A DNA stretch of 62,890 bases, filler included, from 3 parts of 3 records of this genome joined end to end with filler, not necessarily neighbours in it, one strand, 5' to 3'; counted from the whole stretch's first letter, positions 18,384 through 28,735 are shown. The notes: generated from the sequence alone by a model not told the origin. A program made the numbers and translations.

Positions 18384-20081
18384 CTATTGCACCAGATAGG
18401 GTTTGCGTTGCGCCTTGGGCGTGGCCGCGACACCGCGCTCCACAGGGAAATCACCCATCAGATAGGGGTGCATGCCCTGATTCTTAAGATTTTGCAGGAA
18501 TTGACCAAAACCGGCCAGATCCACCATCTTGGGCGCTTCGGAAAGCCGGCTTAGCTTGGTACGGCCGATCTCATCCAGAATCCCTTGCAAGGGTTCCATC
18601 GGGGCCTCGATAAATTCGGCCATCGTCCAGATGCGCACCCGCGCCTTGGTATAGGGCGAACGCAGGATATCCATATGTTCGCTTTCCAGCTTTTGCAGGT
18701 TCGCAGCAATCGCCCGAATATCAGCAAAATCGCGGTTAGATCGAAACAGCGGGACAGCCCAGGCACCGGTGATCACCGAAATCTGCGCATTTGGATCTTT
18801 CGCCACCCGCCAGCAGATGTCCTGATTATCCGCAGGCCCAAATTGGAAACACTGGCGTTCACCACGGGTGTTCCAGATCAGATTGGTCAAGAATCCCCGG
18901 CCATTATAGTCGCGCAGCACCGCACTGTCAGAAAGCGCCCCGTTGATCGCATTTTGCCCGTCCGCATAATACACTTTGTCCTTGGCAAACAGATGCCCAT
19001 GCACCCGGGCACCGGTGGCCGCAGCCAGCCAGGGTTCAAAGTTCTCAAACAACTCGGCAAAGCCCTGAAACATCGAATAGGGCGCAGCCGTCACGCCGTT
19101 TTCCCAGTCTTCATTCGGGAAACGGCTTTGCATATAAAGCCCGGATCGCCCTCGAGTCCGGCGTTCCACCGCTTTGGAAAAGATGCGGTCAATTTTGCCC
19201 GGATTCGGTTCGGTCTTTTTCATCGCGCCGGCAGCATCCGTCAGAAAGGCCGCATAGAGCCGATCCGCATAGGGCCAGATTTTGCGTGCGACAAAACAAT
19301 CAGAGCGGCGCAGCAATTGCAGGTGATCATCATAGAAAATATGCGGCTTGCCCTGAAAATCGAACTTGGACAGGGTCAGCGAGCGGCTTTCGATATTGCT
19401 GGAATAATGCCGCGCGAGGGTCTGAAAATAACTCTCATCAGGGATCCAGACATGTTTGAAAAACCGGTCATAGGTCGGGCGCTCTGGGTCTTGCAGGATC
19501 GCTGATAAGGTACGCCGCGACAGACACCACCACTGCGACCCCATATGCGCCACAATACCATTGGGCATCTTGCGCCGCAGACCCAGCGACCGCTGGGTGT
19601 TCACCAGAAGATCAAAAAGATATCGATTGCGTTTCCAGGAGACAGGGAACCGCAGAGTAAAACGTTCTTCATCCAACCCGCCAACGGTCCAAGGCACCTC
19701 GGAAGTGGTTGCGCTTTCGATGAAATCTGTATGCGGGCGCTCGCCAAGGTAGTCCAGAAGCTCTTGCACCGGACGCAGCGGCAGACAGGAACCGGACGCC
19801 AGATAGACGTGCCGCACCTGCGCGTATTGTGCCAACATCTGTTCCGACGCGGCCTGCGTCGCTTGCACAATGCCCCATGTTCCCCATTCACAGCGGTATC
19901 TCTTGCTGAATGTCACATGTTCCAGATCGGACAGGGCGGTAACAAAACTCTCATAGGTCTTTCGATCCACCACTTTGTCCACATGGATCACAACCGGACA
20001 CCCCGCAGCGGACCAATGCCGCGCCACCTGCTCTGCCCGGCCAAGTGCGGTATGCACCAGCATGACAATCCCGACGTTCAT
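18384..20081 (-). CDS. GT14 (Core-2/I-branching) glycosyltransferase with a large C-terminal extension
   Basis: IHVD, WGTWGIVQAT, LASGSCLPLRP, GSQWWCLSR, IPDESYFQTL and FVARK motifs. Confidence 0.82.
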   Translation of the reverse strand: MNVGIVMLVHTALGRAEQVARHWSAAGCPVVIHVDKVVDRKTYESFVTALSDLEHVTFSKRYRCEWGTWGIVQATQAASEQMLAQYAQVRHVYLASGSCLPLRPVQELLDYLGERPHTDFIESATTSEVPWTVGGLDEERFTLRFPVSWKRNRYLFDLLVNTQRSLGLRRKMPNGIVAHMGSQWWCLSRRTLSAILQDPERPTYDRFFKHVWIPDESYFQTLARHYSSNIESRSLTLSKFDFQGKPHIFYDDHLQLLRRSDCFVARKIWPYADRLYAAFLTDAAGAMKKTEPNPGKIDRIFSKAVERRTRGRSGLYMQSRFPNEDWENGVTAAPYSMFQGFAELFENFEPWLAAATGARVHGHLFAKDKVYYADGQNAINGALSDSAVLRDYNGRGFLTNLIWNTRGERQCFQFGPADNQDICWRVAKDPNAQISVITGAWAVPLFRSNRDFADIRAIAANLQKLESEHMDILRSPYTKARVRIWTMAEFIEAPMEPLQGILDEIGRTKLSRLSEAPKMVDLAGFGQFLQNLKNQGMHPYLMGDFPVERGVAATPKAQRKPYLVQ

Positions 20082-21088
20082 GCCCAGTTTCCTTTGGACA
20101 TGAGCCCCAGAATTTCAAGCTGGCGCCAGTTGATGTAGCGTTCCGACCATTTGCACCACAGCTGCGGATCTTCTTTGATCCGCTCGGCATAGGCTTTGTA
20201 TTCAACAGATCCGGCATAATGCTGGCTGCGCTCCAGCTCCTCTCTGGCTTTTTCGCCAAAGGTATCCAGAAACTTGGCATGCAGCAAAACACCCGAGGCT
20301 TTTTCGCCGCCCCATTCATCGTAAACCTGATTAAGACCGCGCGGCAGCAGCATATGCGTCGAACTGACATAGGCATACCGCTTGTCCCATTTGACCAGCG
20401 GCACCTTGTTCAGCGCGGGCGCCTTGGCCGGATCATCAGGAAAAAAGACGCGGCTGCGCGGGCCGCCCTGAATCCACAGATTGCCAAAGCTGTGGTTGCG
20501 CGAAATGGTGTAGTTGCCGCTGTCAAACCAGCAGGCAATATCAATCGGATTCTGGCCGGACTGGTAAGGCTGTTCATCCAGCCGCCCCTTTGGGTACATA
20601 TCCAGCAACATTGCCGAAAACGATTTAATCGACGAGGCATCCAGCCAATCCGTCAACGCCCGCAATGGTCGTGTATCACAGAACGGGAATACCAAAAATT
20701 CGTCGGGATCAACGGTCAGCACCCAATGGCCATGGGCGAATTTCATCTGCAGCCAGTTCAGCCAGTCAACGCCAAAACGGGCCCGCTTATAGCTGGCCTT
20801 GGTACTCCAGACAGACACGTCGGGTTGGTCCGCGAGGTAATCCAGCGAACCATCATCACTGTCATTGTCCACGAAAAAGAAATGGCCCACGCCCATCTTG
20901 CGATAGTATTCAAGGAAATAGGGCAGCCGGATGCCTTCGTTGCGCTGGGTACAGAACAGCAAAAGGTCATCCGAACGGATCTGTCCCGTACGGATTGCAA
21001 CCCGCTTGAGTTCCCGGCGTTTTCTAATCGCCCGGATGCGCCAACGCTTACGTTGAAGCCTCAGCCCGTATGACCGAAAAATGCCCAA
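20078..21088 (-). CDS. Glycosyltransferase family 2-like (Glyco_tranf_2_4 type)
   Basis: RNEGIRLPYFLEYYRKMGV, FFVDNDSDDGS and WVLTVDPDEFL. Confidence 0.85.
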   Translation of the reverse strand: MGIFRSYGLRLQRKRWRIRAIRKRRELKRVAIRTGQIRSDDLLLFCTQRNEGIRLPYFLEYYRKMGVGHFFFVDNDSDDGSLDYLADQPDVSVWSTKASYKRARFGVDWLNWLQMKFAHGHWVLTVDPDEFLVFPFCDTRPLRALTDWLDASSIKSFSAMLLDMYPKGRLDEQPYQSGQNPIDIACWFDSGNYTISRNHSFGNLWIQGGPRSRVFFPDDPAKAPALNKVPLVKWDKRYAYVSSTHMLLPRGLNQVYDEWGGEKASGVLLHAKFLDTFGEKAREELERSQHYAGSVEYKAYAERIKEDPQLWCKWSERYINWRQLEILGLMSKGNWA

Positions 21089-21133
21089 ACACCACCTTTT
21101 GCCTTCGGAAATACACCGCTCGTTTGTGCGATA

Positions 21134-22330
21134 TCATCTTAACCTTAACACGGTCTTGAAATGATCAGCCCAATTTGGACCTACAAAGACGGATTCTTTG
21201 GTTGCATTTGGCGGTGTGTTTTTCCAACATTCGATTGTTTTTACCCATAATTCTTGGTCAAAAACAGGGGCAAATGATGCGTGATCGCCAATAATTTCCT
21301 GCAATACCGCCAAATCGTTGCATAAAACACGCGTTCCCAGCTGCAATGCCTCAATAGGCGGCAGGCCAAACCCCTCTGCATGGCTTGGAAAAAGCAGCCC
21401 GGCACTGCCTGCGACAAGGGTGGCAAGGGCACCGTCACTGAGGTTTGGTAGCTCTTTCACCGGACTGTCAGGCGGTAGTGCATCCAGTCGCGCAAATACC
21501 GCCTCATTGTTCCAGCCACGACTGCCACAGATCAACAACGGCGGCGCATCACGGCCAAGCTCCTGCCAGATATCCAGCAGAAACTGGTGGTTCTTACGGG
21601 GCTCGATCGTGCCAACCACAACAAAATAGGGTCGCGCAGGGGTCAGGCCATCCGGTAGCTCAGCCCGCATGGGTACAGCCGCACTTGCGCCTAGATGTGC
21701 CACAACGCCCCTTGGCAACGGCCCCCACGCCTGCATCATCGCCTCGGCACGCTGGCAGGTGTCTAGCGAATTGTAGATGATCCTGTCGGCATGACTGCGC
21801 ACCCGCTGCAGCTTGTCCCGAAAGGGCATGGTTGTGCCGGGCCGCTGATACTCAGGGTGCTCCAGCGGGATAACGTCATGGATCATCACATCAATAGACC
21901 CAGACGCCGATTTGACACTCTGAAGGACCCGCTCTGTGAGGTTGCTGTGCCCGATGTTGAAATAGGCAAAGTCAGACGGCAGGTGAGTTTGCAACATCCG
22001 GTCCAACCGCAGGGGCAGGCACCGCGCCACTGCAAGGCGACGTATGTCGGATTCTGCCCGTATCAGAGCCTGATCTCGCCCTTTTGGCAATCTTGACAAA
22101 ACGCTGGCGTGTCCCCAGTTGACCGTCCCACTCAGGCGCTCGCGAAAAGCGATCATCCCAGCACGATCCAACAGGACATAGCCAAACACCGTTCGTATCA
22201 ATCCAAACGCTGGCAATTCATCGCTGACGAAGTGATCCAGATAGGCGCGTTCGACGCGGTCCACACCTGTCGCCATACGACCTGCGCGGCGCAGGCTCCT
22301 TGTCAGATCAAGCAGCCGCGCAGCAGGCAT
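21134..22330 (-). CDS. GT4 (GT-B) glycosyltransferase
   Basis: TGVDRVERAY, IHDVIP, VGTIEPRKNH and FPSHAEGFGLPPIEAL. Confidence 0.9.
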   Translation of the reverse strand: MPAARLLDLTRSLRRAGRMATGVDRVERAYLDHFVSDELPAFGLIRTVFGYVLLDRAGMIAFRERLSGTVNWGHASVLSRLPKGRDQALIRAESDIRRLAVARCLPLRLDRMLQTHLPSDFAYFNIGHSNLTERVLQSVKSASGSIDVMIHDVIPLEHPEYQRPGTTMPFRDKLQRVRSHADRIIYNSLDTCQRAEAMMQAWGPLPRGVVAHLGASAAVPMRAELPDGLTPARPYFVVVGTIEPRKNHQFLLDIWQELGRDAPPLLICGSRGWNNEAVFARLDALPPDSPVKELPNLSDGALATLVAGSAGLLFPSHAEGFGLPPIEALQLGTRVLCNDLAVLQEIIGDHASFAPVFDQELWVKTIECWKNTPPNATKESVFVGPNWADHFKTVLRLR

Positions 22331-22331
22331 A

Positions 22332-23315
22332 TCAGGCCTCGTAATGGCCGGATTGGTGCCATCTCCATGCATCTGTGATCATCTGTTTCATCGTAGATCT
22401 GTGAGGGTTCCAGCCCAGTTCCGCCATCGCCCGCGTGGACCCTGAAACCAGTTTCGTACAATCCCCCGGACGACGCGGCCCTTCATGACAAGGCACCGGC
22501 CTGTTGGTCACCGCATGGCTTTGATCCACAACTTCCCGCACTGAAAAACCGGTGCCAGTGCCAAGATTGAACACCCGACTGCCCCTTTCATCAGACAGCC
22601 ATTTCAGCCCCAAAACATGGGCTTCCACCAAGTCACAGACATGCACATAGTCCCGGATACAGGTGCCATCGGGCGTATCGTAATCAGTGCCGAAAATTGT
22701 CAAGGCATCGCGTTTGCCATCAATCGCATCCAACATCAGCGGGACCAGATGTGTCTCTGGCCGGTGAAACTCGCCCACCTCACCATCCGGGTCCGCACCG
22801 GCCACATTGAAATAGCGGAAAATCACATGGCGCAATCCGTGGGCGGTTTCAAAATTGTGCAACATGTCCTCAATCGCACGTTTGGAGGCACCATAGGCGT
22901 TGATTGGCATCTGGGCGCTGTCTTCGTCCAACACAACATTGTCCTGATCCCCGTAGGTGGCACAAGTCGATGAAAAGACAAAATTCAGGCATCCTGCTGC
23001 CACAGCCGCTTCGATTAGGTTTAGCGATCCGGCAACGTTGTTACGCCAGTAGAGACCAGGATCCAGCATGCATTCGCCAACCAGACTAAGCGCCGCGAAG
23101 TGCATTACAGCGATAGGTTCATATTGCGCAAAAACAGAGTCTAACCTGACCCGATCCAGTAAATCACCCTGTTCAAAGGGGCCGAATTTCACCGCATCCC
23201 GCCAGCCTGTTACAAGGTTATCGAAGGTGACAGGCGTATACCCTGCGGCCTTCAACGCCTTGCAGGCATGCGAACCGATATAGCCTGCACCACCGGTCAC
23301 CAATACATAGGCCAT
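22332..23315 (-). CDS. galE: UDP-glucose 4-epimerase
   Basis: TGGAGYIGSH, FSSTCATYG, YGASK, RYFNVAGAD and DGTCIRDYVHV. Confidence 0.95.
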   Translation of the reverse strand: MAYVLVTGGAGYIGSHACKALKAAGYTPVTFDNLVTGWRDAVKFGPFEQGDLLDRVRLDSVFAQYEPIAVMHFAALSLVGECMLDPGLYWRNNVAGSLNLIEAAVAAGCLNFVFSSTCATYGDQDNVVLDEDSAQMPINAYGASKRAIEDMLHNFETAHGLRHVIFRYFNVAGADPDGEVGEFHRPETHLVPLMLDAIDGKRDALTIFGTDYDTPDGTCIRDYVHVCDLVEAHVLGLKWLSDERGSRVFNLGTGTGFSVREVVDQSHAVTNRPVPCHEGPRRPGDCTKLVSGSTRAMAELGWNPHRSTMKQMITDAWRWHQSGHYEA

Positions 23316-23332
23316 AGCGTCGGCTCCTCGCT

Positions 23333-24220
23333 TTAGGTGTCGCCGTCCAACATAATACTTTTCAGATAGGTCCGCAGATCATCCCGCAGTTCTTCACGTG
23401 CCAGCCCAAAGGATACGGTTGCCTGCAAAAACCCTGATTTAGAGCCACAATCAAAGCGCTGACCGCGAAAACGATAACCATGCACATTGTTCTCTTTTTC
23501 GATGTCCTGCGCAATTGCATCGGTCAGCTGGATTTCACCGCCGGAGCCCGATTTCATTTTGTTGAGGTTTTGCAGAACGCTGGGCGACAGAATATAGCGC
23601 CCGATCACCGCAAGGTTTGACGGCGCTTCGCCCACTGGCGGCTTTTCCACCATGCCTTTGACCTTGACCAGTTCGCCATCATCATCCGAAATATCCAGAA
23701 CCCCGTAGGAAGAGGCACGTTCCGGGGCCACTTCCATCGCCGCAACCATATTGCCGCCAGTCTCGGCATAGGCTTCGACCATCTGCTGCAAGCAGGGTTT
23801 TTCCGCCGCGATCACATCGTCAGGCAACATCACCGCAAAGGGTTCATTGCCGATCAACCTCCGCGCACACCAGACCGCATGTCCAAGGCCCAGCGCCTTA
23901 TGCTGACGCACATAGGCAATCGCGCCGCTGTCCATATTGGTGGACTTCAGAATATCCAACAGCTCTGTCTTGCCCTTCTTGCGCAGTTCTTGCTCCAGCT
24001 GCGGGGCCAGATCAAAGTAGTCTTCCAACGCGCCTTTGCCACGCGAGGTGACAAAGATGAATTCCTTGATCCCTGCGGCACGGGCTTCATCAATCGCGTA
24101 TTGGACCAATGGCCGGTCAACGAGGGTCATGATTTCCTTGGGCACCGATTTGGTCGCGGGCAAAAACCGCGTGCCCATCCCGGCCACCGGAAATATCGCT
24201 TTTGTAACCTTTTTACGCAT
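23333..24220 (-). CDS. galU: UTP-glucose-1-phosphate uridylyltransferase
   Basis: KAIFPVAGMGTRFLPATKSVPKE, LGLGHAV, VEKP and GEIQLTDAI. Confidence 0.96.
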   Translation of the reverse strand: MRKKVTKAIFPVAGMGTRFLPATKSVPKEIMTLVDRPLVQYAIDEARAAGIKEFIFVTSRGKGALEDYFDLAPQLEQELRKKGKTELLDILKSTNMDSGAIAYVRQHKALGLGHAVWCARRLIGNEPFAVMLPDDVIAAEKPCLQQMVEAYAETGGNMVAAMEVAPERASSYGVLDISDDDGELVKVKGMVEKPPVGEAPSNLAVIGRYILSPSVLQNLNKMKSGSGGEIQLTDAIAQDIEKENNVHGYRFRGQRFDCGSKSGFLQATVSFGLAREELRDDLRTYLKSIMLDGDT

Positions 24221-24291
24221 CTCGTCCTCAATACATTTCAATGTGGCTTATGCCATCTTCTCTATCCTGGGTCGTCCCAGCTTCTGTTGCC

Positions 24292-25527
24292 TCAGTCTTT
24301 GCTGAAACCACGCTGTCTGGCAACGCGTCTTTGTTCCTTTTCAAGCCGCCGTGACCTTGTTGTCATACGACATAGCGGCTCTGTCCGGTCCGATTTACCA
24401 AAAAGCCCGCCGCGCTGCACCCAAACTCCGGCATCATTCAGCGACAGTTGGTGGTACATAGCACTATATGACAGGCTAATCAGGGTGACGATTTCGCCAT
24501 TTTTCACCCTCTCCGCAGCGGTTTGCAGGTCTTTGCGAAATGTCAGAGGACGAGAGGGCAACAAAACCGATTTGCGCGGGTGAATCGGGAAGTTTTTGAA
24601 AGGCGCTGCCGGATGGGCGGCCAGCTTCACCGGGGTCAGATCGCGGTCACGCCCTTCGCCATAGCCAAGATCCAGCCGGCCCATCAACTGGCGTACTGAT
24701 CGCGGCTCCAGCCCGCCGGTGACCAAGTGGCGCAGCAGTCTTTGCCGCTCTGCCATCCGCAGCCGCCGCCAGTGTGCCTCCCTGTCCGCAATCGCAACAT
24801 GTTTGCGCTGAAATACGGCCCAGCTGGCACCGATTTCAAACAGGTCGCGCGGAACCCGGTTTGTGCTGCGCATCCGGTTGGCGGCAAACCCGTGGTGCAC
24901 CTCTGCCAGAGGCACCAGCGCTGTTGCATGACCTGCGCTGGCCAGCCGCATGTTCAGATCCGTCTCATCCAGAAAATAGTGAAACGCCGGATCAAAGCCG
25001 CCCAACTCAATCAAAACATCGCGGCGAACGGCCATATTTGTGCCTTCGGTCTTGACCGCCCGCCCCTTGGGCGGATGCAGCACCACAGGCACATCATTCT
25101 GCAGAGCCAATGCATGCGCCTCGCCAAAGCGATCAAGGCTGCGCGCCTTCCACTGGTATGAAATCCCGTTGCGCCCCCGCACAAAGCCGCCCATCGCAGC
25201 CACATCACTTTGCAGGGCCGGTGCCACCAGATGGTGCAGCCATTGTGGCTCTGGCACAGCATCATCGTCGATAAAGGCAACTATATCGCCAGCGGATTCA
25301 ACAATACCAAGGTTTCTTGCTGCCGATATGTTCGGCTCGTCAAACGGCACCAGCTTCAGGTCGGCGGCAAACGGCAGGTCCTGTGCCGTTTTGATGCCAG
25401 CCGGATCACTGACCACCACCACCTCAAAACTTGGGTACTGCAGTTGTACAACACCCATCAAACAGCGCCTTAATGCGTCGGGACGGTCCCGACTAACAAT
25501 GACAACGCTGACCGGTAGATGCGTCAT
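24292..25527 (-). CDS. GT2 glycosyltransferase
   Basis: VSVVIVSRDR, SAARNLGI, AFIDDDA, GTNMAVRR and GGFDPAF..FLDETDL. Confidence 0.9.
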   Translation of the reverse strand: MTHLPVSVVIVSRDRPDALRRCLMGVVQLQYPSFEVVVVSDPAGIKTAQDLPFAADLKLVPFDEPNISAARNLGIVESAGDIVAFIDDDAVPEPQWLHHLVAPALQSDVAAMGGFVRGRNGISYQWKARSLDRFGEAHALALQNDVPVVLHPPKGRAVKTEGTNMAVRRDVLIELGGFDPAFHYFLDETDLNMRLASAGHATALVPLAEVHHGFAANRMRSTNRVPRDLFEIGASWAVFQRKHVAIADREAHWRRLRMAERQRLLRHLVTGGLEPRSVRQLMGRLDLGYGEGRDRDLTPVKLAAHPAAPFKNFPIHPRKSVLLPSRPLTFRKDLQTAAERVKNGEIVTLISLSYSAMYHQLSLNDAGVWVQRGGLFGKSDRTEPLCRMTTRSRRLEKEQRRVARQRGFSKD

Positions 25528-26324
25528 TCAAGACCCATTTTTGCCATCATAGACTCTATTTTTGGCACATCTTCAGGGTTATTCAATTCCCAGAATTCGC
25601 GCCCGTTCGCCTGCACCTCAACACACAGAACGGAACGCCCGTTTTCCATAAACCGCAACTGCTCCAAGCCCTCCAGCTGCTCAAGCGGGCCAGTTGGCCA
25701 GGACGGGTAAGCCGCCAGTGCATCAGGGCGATAGGCATAAACCCCGACATGGTGGAACACGGGGGTCATATCAGTCTCTGAATAGGGGTTAGATGTGAAT
25801 GGCACGACCTCTTTCGAAAAATACATCGCACTGTGATCGGTGGCAAAAACTGCGGTTGTACCGCCAACGCGCCCGGCTTTGCGATCTGCCAACAGTGAAT
25901 TCAATGTCGCCCCGTCGCAGCGCAGCACCGGTGTTGCGATCTCGGCATCAGGTGCTGATTTCAGACCCTGTACAAGGCTTTCGATAAACCAATGCGGCGT
26001 CAGGGGCGCATCCCCTTGCAGGTTGACAACGATGTCAAACCCACCACCCAAAGCGGCATGCGCCTCGGCACAGCGTTCCGTGCCATTTGCGCATTCGCTT
26101 GAGGTCATGACAACTTCAGCACCAAAGGCCTCTGCCGCGTCTTTGATACGGTCATCATCTGTGGCGACCACAACACGATCAACCCCATTCACGGCACAGG
26201 CAGCCTGCCAGGAACGTTCGATCAGGGACAGCGATTTGCCGGTGGCCCCCTTAAGCTCGACAAGCGGCTTGCCCGGATAACGCGTCGAGGCAAAGCGGGC
26301 GGGGATGGCGATAAGAACCGACAT
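25524..26324 (-). CDS. kdsB: CMP-Kdo synthetase (KdsB/KpsU)
   Basis: IPARFASTRYPGKPL, VATDD, GTERC, VNLQGDAP, HVGVYAY and LEQLEGLEQLR. Confidence 0.9.
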   Translation of the reverse strand: MSVLIAIPARFASTRYPGKPLVELKGATGKSLSLIERSWQAACAVNGVDRVVVATDDDRIKDAAEAFGAEVVMTSSECANGTERCAEAHAALGGGFDIVVNLQGDAPLTPHWFIESLVQGLKSAPDAEIATPVLRCDGATLNSLLADRKAGRVGGTTAVFATDHSAMYFSKEVVPFTSNPYSETDMTPVFHHVGVYAYRPDALAAYPSWPTGPLEQLEGLEQLRFMENGRSVLCVEVQANGREFWELNNPEDVPKIESMMAKMGLE

Positions 26325-27121
26325 CAGGCGGGCTTCAGCGCAGCGGAAGGCGCATGGGCAATAAAGAACGGATTGGCAAAATCGGGTTTGCCATAGGTCA
26401 AGGGGGTGTGATCATCAAACCGCACCACATCGCCACCTGCTCCCAGCAAAACGGCATGCCCTGCGGCGGTGTCCCACTCCATTGTCCGGCCAAGACGGGG
26501 GTAGATATCCGCCTCGCCGGTGGCAACCAGACAGAACTTTAGTGACGATCCGGCACTGGTCATGTCAGCGACATCATATTTGGCGATATAGTCATCGGTT
26601 GCCTGATCACGATGTGACTTTGACGCCACCACAACAAGCGCGGAATTATCCGCATCAGAGACCGATATCGGCGTCACTGCGCCCACAGTACCCTTGTCAA
26701 AATCACCGGTTTCCTCGACAGACTGCCCATTCGCTTGGGTAAAGAACATCCGCGACTTTGCGGGCGCGTAGACAACACCACGGGTCGGTTTGCCGTTTTC
26801 AACCAGCGCGATATTCACGGTGAAATCGCCGCGCCGGTGAATGAATTCTTTTGTGCCATCCAATGGATCGACAATCAAAAACGTGTCCCCCTTGGCGCTA
26901 TGGGTGGCAGATTGCTCTTCGGTGACCAGCATCACATCAGGAAACGCGGCACGCAGGCCCGCGCTAATGATCGCATCCGCAGCTTCATCCGCAGCGGTGA
27001 CCGGGCTGTCGTCGGATTTGGATTTCACGTCAAAATCGTCCTGACCGTAGATCTCCATGATCTTGTCGCCGGCCTGCAATGATAGTTTTCGCATCACAGT
27101 CACTAGGTTCTCATAGTCCAT
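26324..27121 (-). CDS. cysQ: 3'(2'),5'-bisphosphate nucleotidase (PAP phosphatase)
   Basis: SPVTAAD, VDPLDGTKEF, DFTVNIAL, GSSLKFC, YPRLGRTMEWDTAAG and NPFF. Confidence 0.94.
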   Translation of the reverse strand: MDYENLVTVMRKLSLQAGDKIMEIYGQDDFDVKSKSDDSPVTAADEAADAIISAGLRAAFPDVMLVTEEQSATHSAKGDTFLIVDPLDGTKEFIHRRGDFTVNIALVENGKPTRGVVYAPAKSRMFFTQANGQSVEETGDFDKGTVGAVTPISVSDADNSALVVVASKSHRDQATDDYIAKYDVADMTSAGSSLKFCLVATGEADIYPRLGRTMEWDTAAGHAVLLGAGGDVVRFDDHTPLTYGKPDFANPFFIAHAPSAALKPA

Positions 27122-27236
27122 ACAAGGCATACCTTTAGGCTTTAGTTGATCGGGGCTTTCTTCCACCTTATGCTGTCAGCGTAACGGAACAGCAAGAATT
27201 CCGTGCAACAGTAGGCTTTGTCAAAGGGCAGCAGTG

Positions 27237-28061
27237 ATGTTTCAATCCAAGCGGAAACCCAAGGGTGGCATATCAATTGTGCTCTCTATGGCAGAGTTGG
27301 TGTATCATTCGATTGTGCGCAGTGTGCGTAAACAACACAACAATGCGTTCATCGCGATTGGCATCAATGTCATGCAAACGGCGATGTTCGTCGCTGCATT
27401 TTATCTCATGTTCACAATTCTGGGTGCGAAAGGCGCTGCGATCCGCGGTGATTTTCTGGTCTACCTGATGACGGGCATTTTCCTTTATCTGACCCATATC
27501 AAGGCCATCGGGTCAGTCATGGGAGCAGAAGGGCCCGCCAGTCCGATGATGCAACACGCCCCGATGAACACGATCATCGCCATTCTATCGGGGGCTTTGG
27601 GGGCACTTTATATTCAAGTGCTTTCGCTATTTCTGGTTTTATTCGCCTATCACGTCGCGTGGAGCCCGATCAGCATTGATCAACCCGTCAATGCGTTCCT
27701 GATGGTGGTGCTGTCGTGGTTTACCGGATGTTCACTTGGTCTGGTGTTTCTTGCGATTAAGCCCTGGTTTCCTGCATTCGTGGCCCTTGCCTCTCAATTA
27801 TACCAACGGGCGAACATGCTGGCATCCGGCAAGATGTTCGTTGCCAATACCCTGCCCGGTTATATGTTGGCGATGTTTGACTGGAACCCACTGTTTCATA
27901 CCATCGACCAAGCGCGGGGGTTTGCATTTATCAACTACAATCCGCGCTATTCAAACTGGGAATATGCTTTTTGGGTTGCGATTGTGCTGATTATGATTGG
28001 GCTGATGGGCGAATTCTATACCCGCAGACATGCTTCACTCAGCTGGAATGCACGGCGCTAG
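27237..28061 (+). CDS. ABC-2 type polysaccharide export permease (KpsM/Wzm-like)
   Basis: About six TM segments and a WNPLFHTIDQAR motif typical of ABC-2 permeases. Divergent from the glycan cluster. Confidence 0.8.
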   Translation: MFQSKRKPKGGISIVLSMAELVYHSIVRSVRKQHNNAFIAIGINVMQTAMFVAAFYLMFTILGAKGAAIRGDFLVYLMTGIFLYLTHIKAIGSVMGAEGPASPMMQHAPMNTIIAILSGALGALYIQVLSLFLVLFAYHVAWSPISIDQPVNAFLMVVLSWFTGCSLGLVFLAIKPWFPAFVALASQLYQRANMLASGKMFVANTLPGYMLAMFDWNPLFHTIDQARGFAFINYNPRYSNWEYAFWVAIVLIMIGLMGEFYTRRHASLSWNARR

Positions 28062-28064
28062 CCG

Positions 28065-28667
28065 CTATTCCACCACCCGCAATGTCAGATTGACCCGCCC
28101 GCCTTTGGGCAGCAAACGGGATGAACCGGCGCGCAGCCGGTCCACACCATGATAGGCAAGGCGGGCCTCACCCCCCATCACCACAACATCTCCCGATTGC
28201 AGCCAGACAGATTCAGTTTTGCCGCCTCGCGTCACATTACCAATCCGAAATAGCGCATCATCGCCCAGGGACACGGACAGAACCGGCCATTGAAAATCTG
28301 CTTCATCCTTGTCCTGATGCATGCCCATCCGGGCATCAGGTGCGTAATAGTTAATCAAACAACACTCTGGCTGCCGGTCCAGCCCGGTCACCTGATCCCA
28401 GACCTTTAGAATTTGAGAGGGGATTGCGGGCCAGGGAGCGCCGTTGGGATGGTTGGAGACATAGCGATATCCAGCCCGATCCGAATACCAGCCGTATTTC
28501 CCCGCCGCCGTCATCCGAACCGACATTTGTTTGCCTTGGGGGGTGTCCGGCCGGAACAAAGGTGCCGATCGCACCACGCCGCGCACCGCCTTCACCAGCG
28601 CGTGCTGTGCGGGCAGATCCAGCAACCCTTTGTGAATAACAAAGCCCCGCAGCGTTAATTTGGTCAT
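28065..28667 (-). CDS. alkB: AlkB-family 2-oxoglutarate/Fe(II) dioxygenase
   Basis: MSVRMT..G..GW.SDR.GYRY, CLINYY, MGMHQDKDE, SVSLG, YHGV and RVNLTLR. Confidence 0.92.
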   Translation of the reverse strand: MTKLTLRGFVIHKGLLDLPAQHALVKAVRGVVRSAPLFRPDTPQGKQMSVRMTAAGKYGWYSDRAGYRYVSNHPNGAPWPAIPSQILKVWDQVTGLDRQPECCLINYYAPDARMGMHQDKDEADFQWPVLSVSLGDDALFRIGNVTRGGKTESVWLQSGDVVVMGGEARLAYHGVDRLRAGSSRLLPKGGRVNLTLRVVE

Positions 28668-28735
28668 AACACCCCTGTTCTGCGCTAATTTTTGAAAAAT
28701 CGGTGCAGATTCCTCATTTCTCGGGGGTGGCAGCG

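Noticed and set aside
4476..21073. Long antisense ORFs (e.g. 4476-5540, 9185-10006, 18585-19505, 20219-21073)
   Set aside because: These are shadow frames of well-supported genes in GC-rich DNA and have no recognisable motifs.
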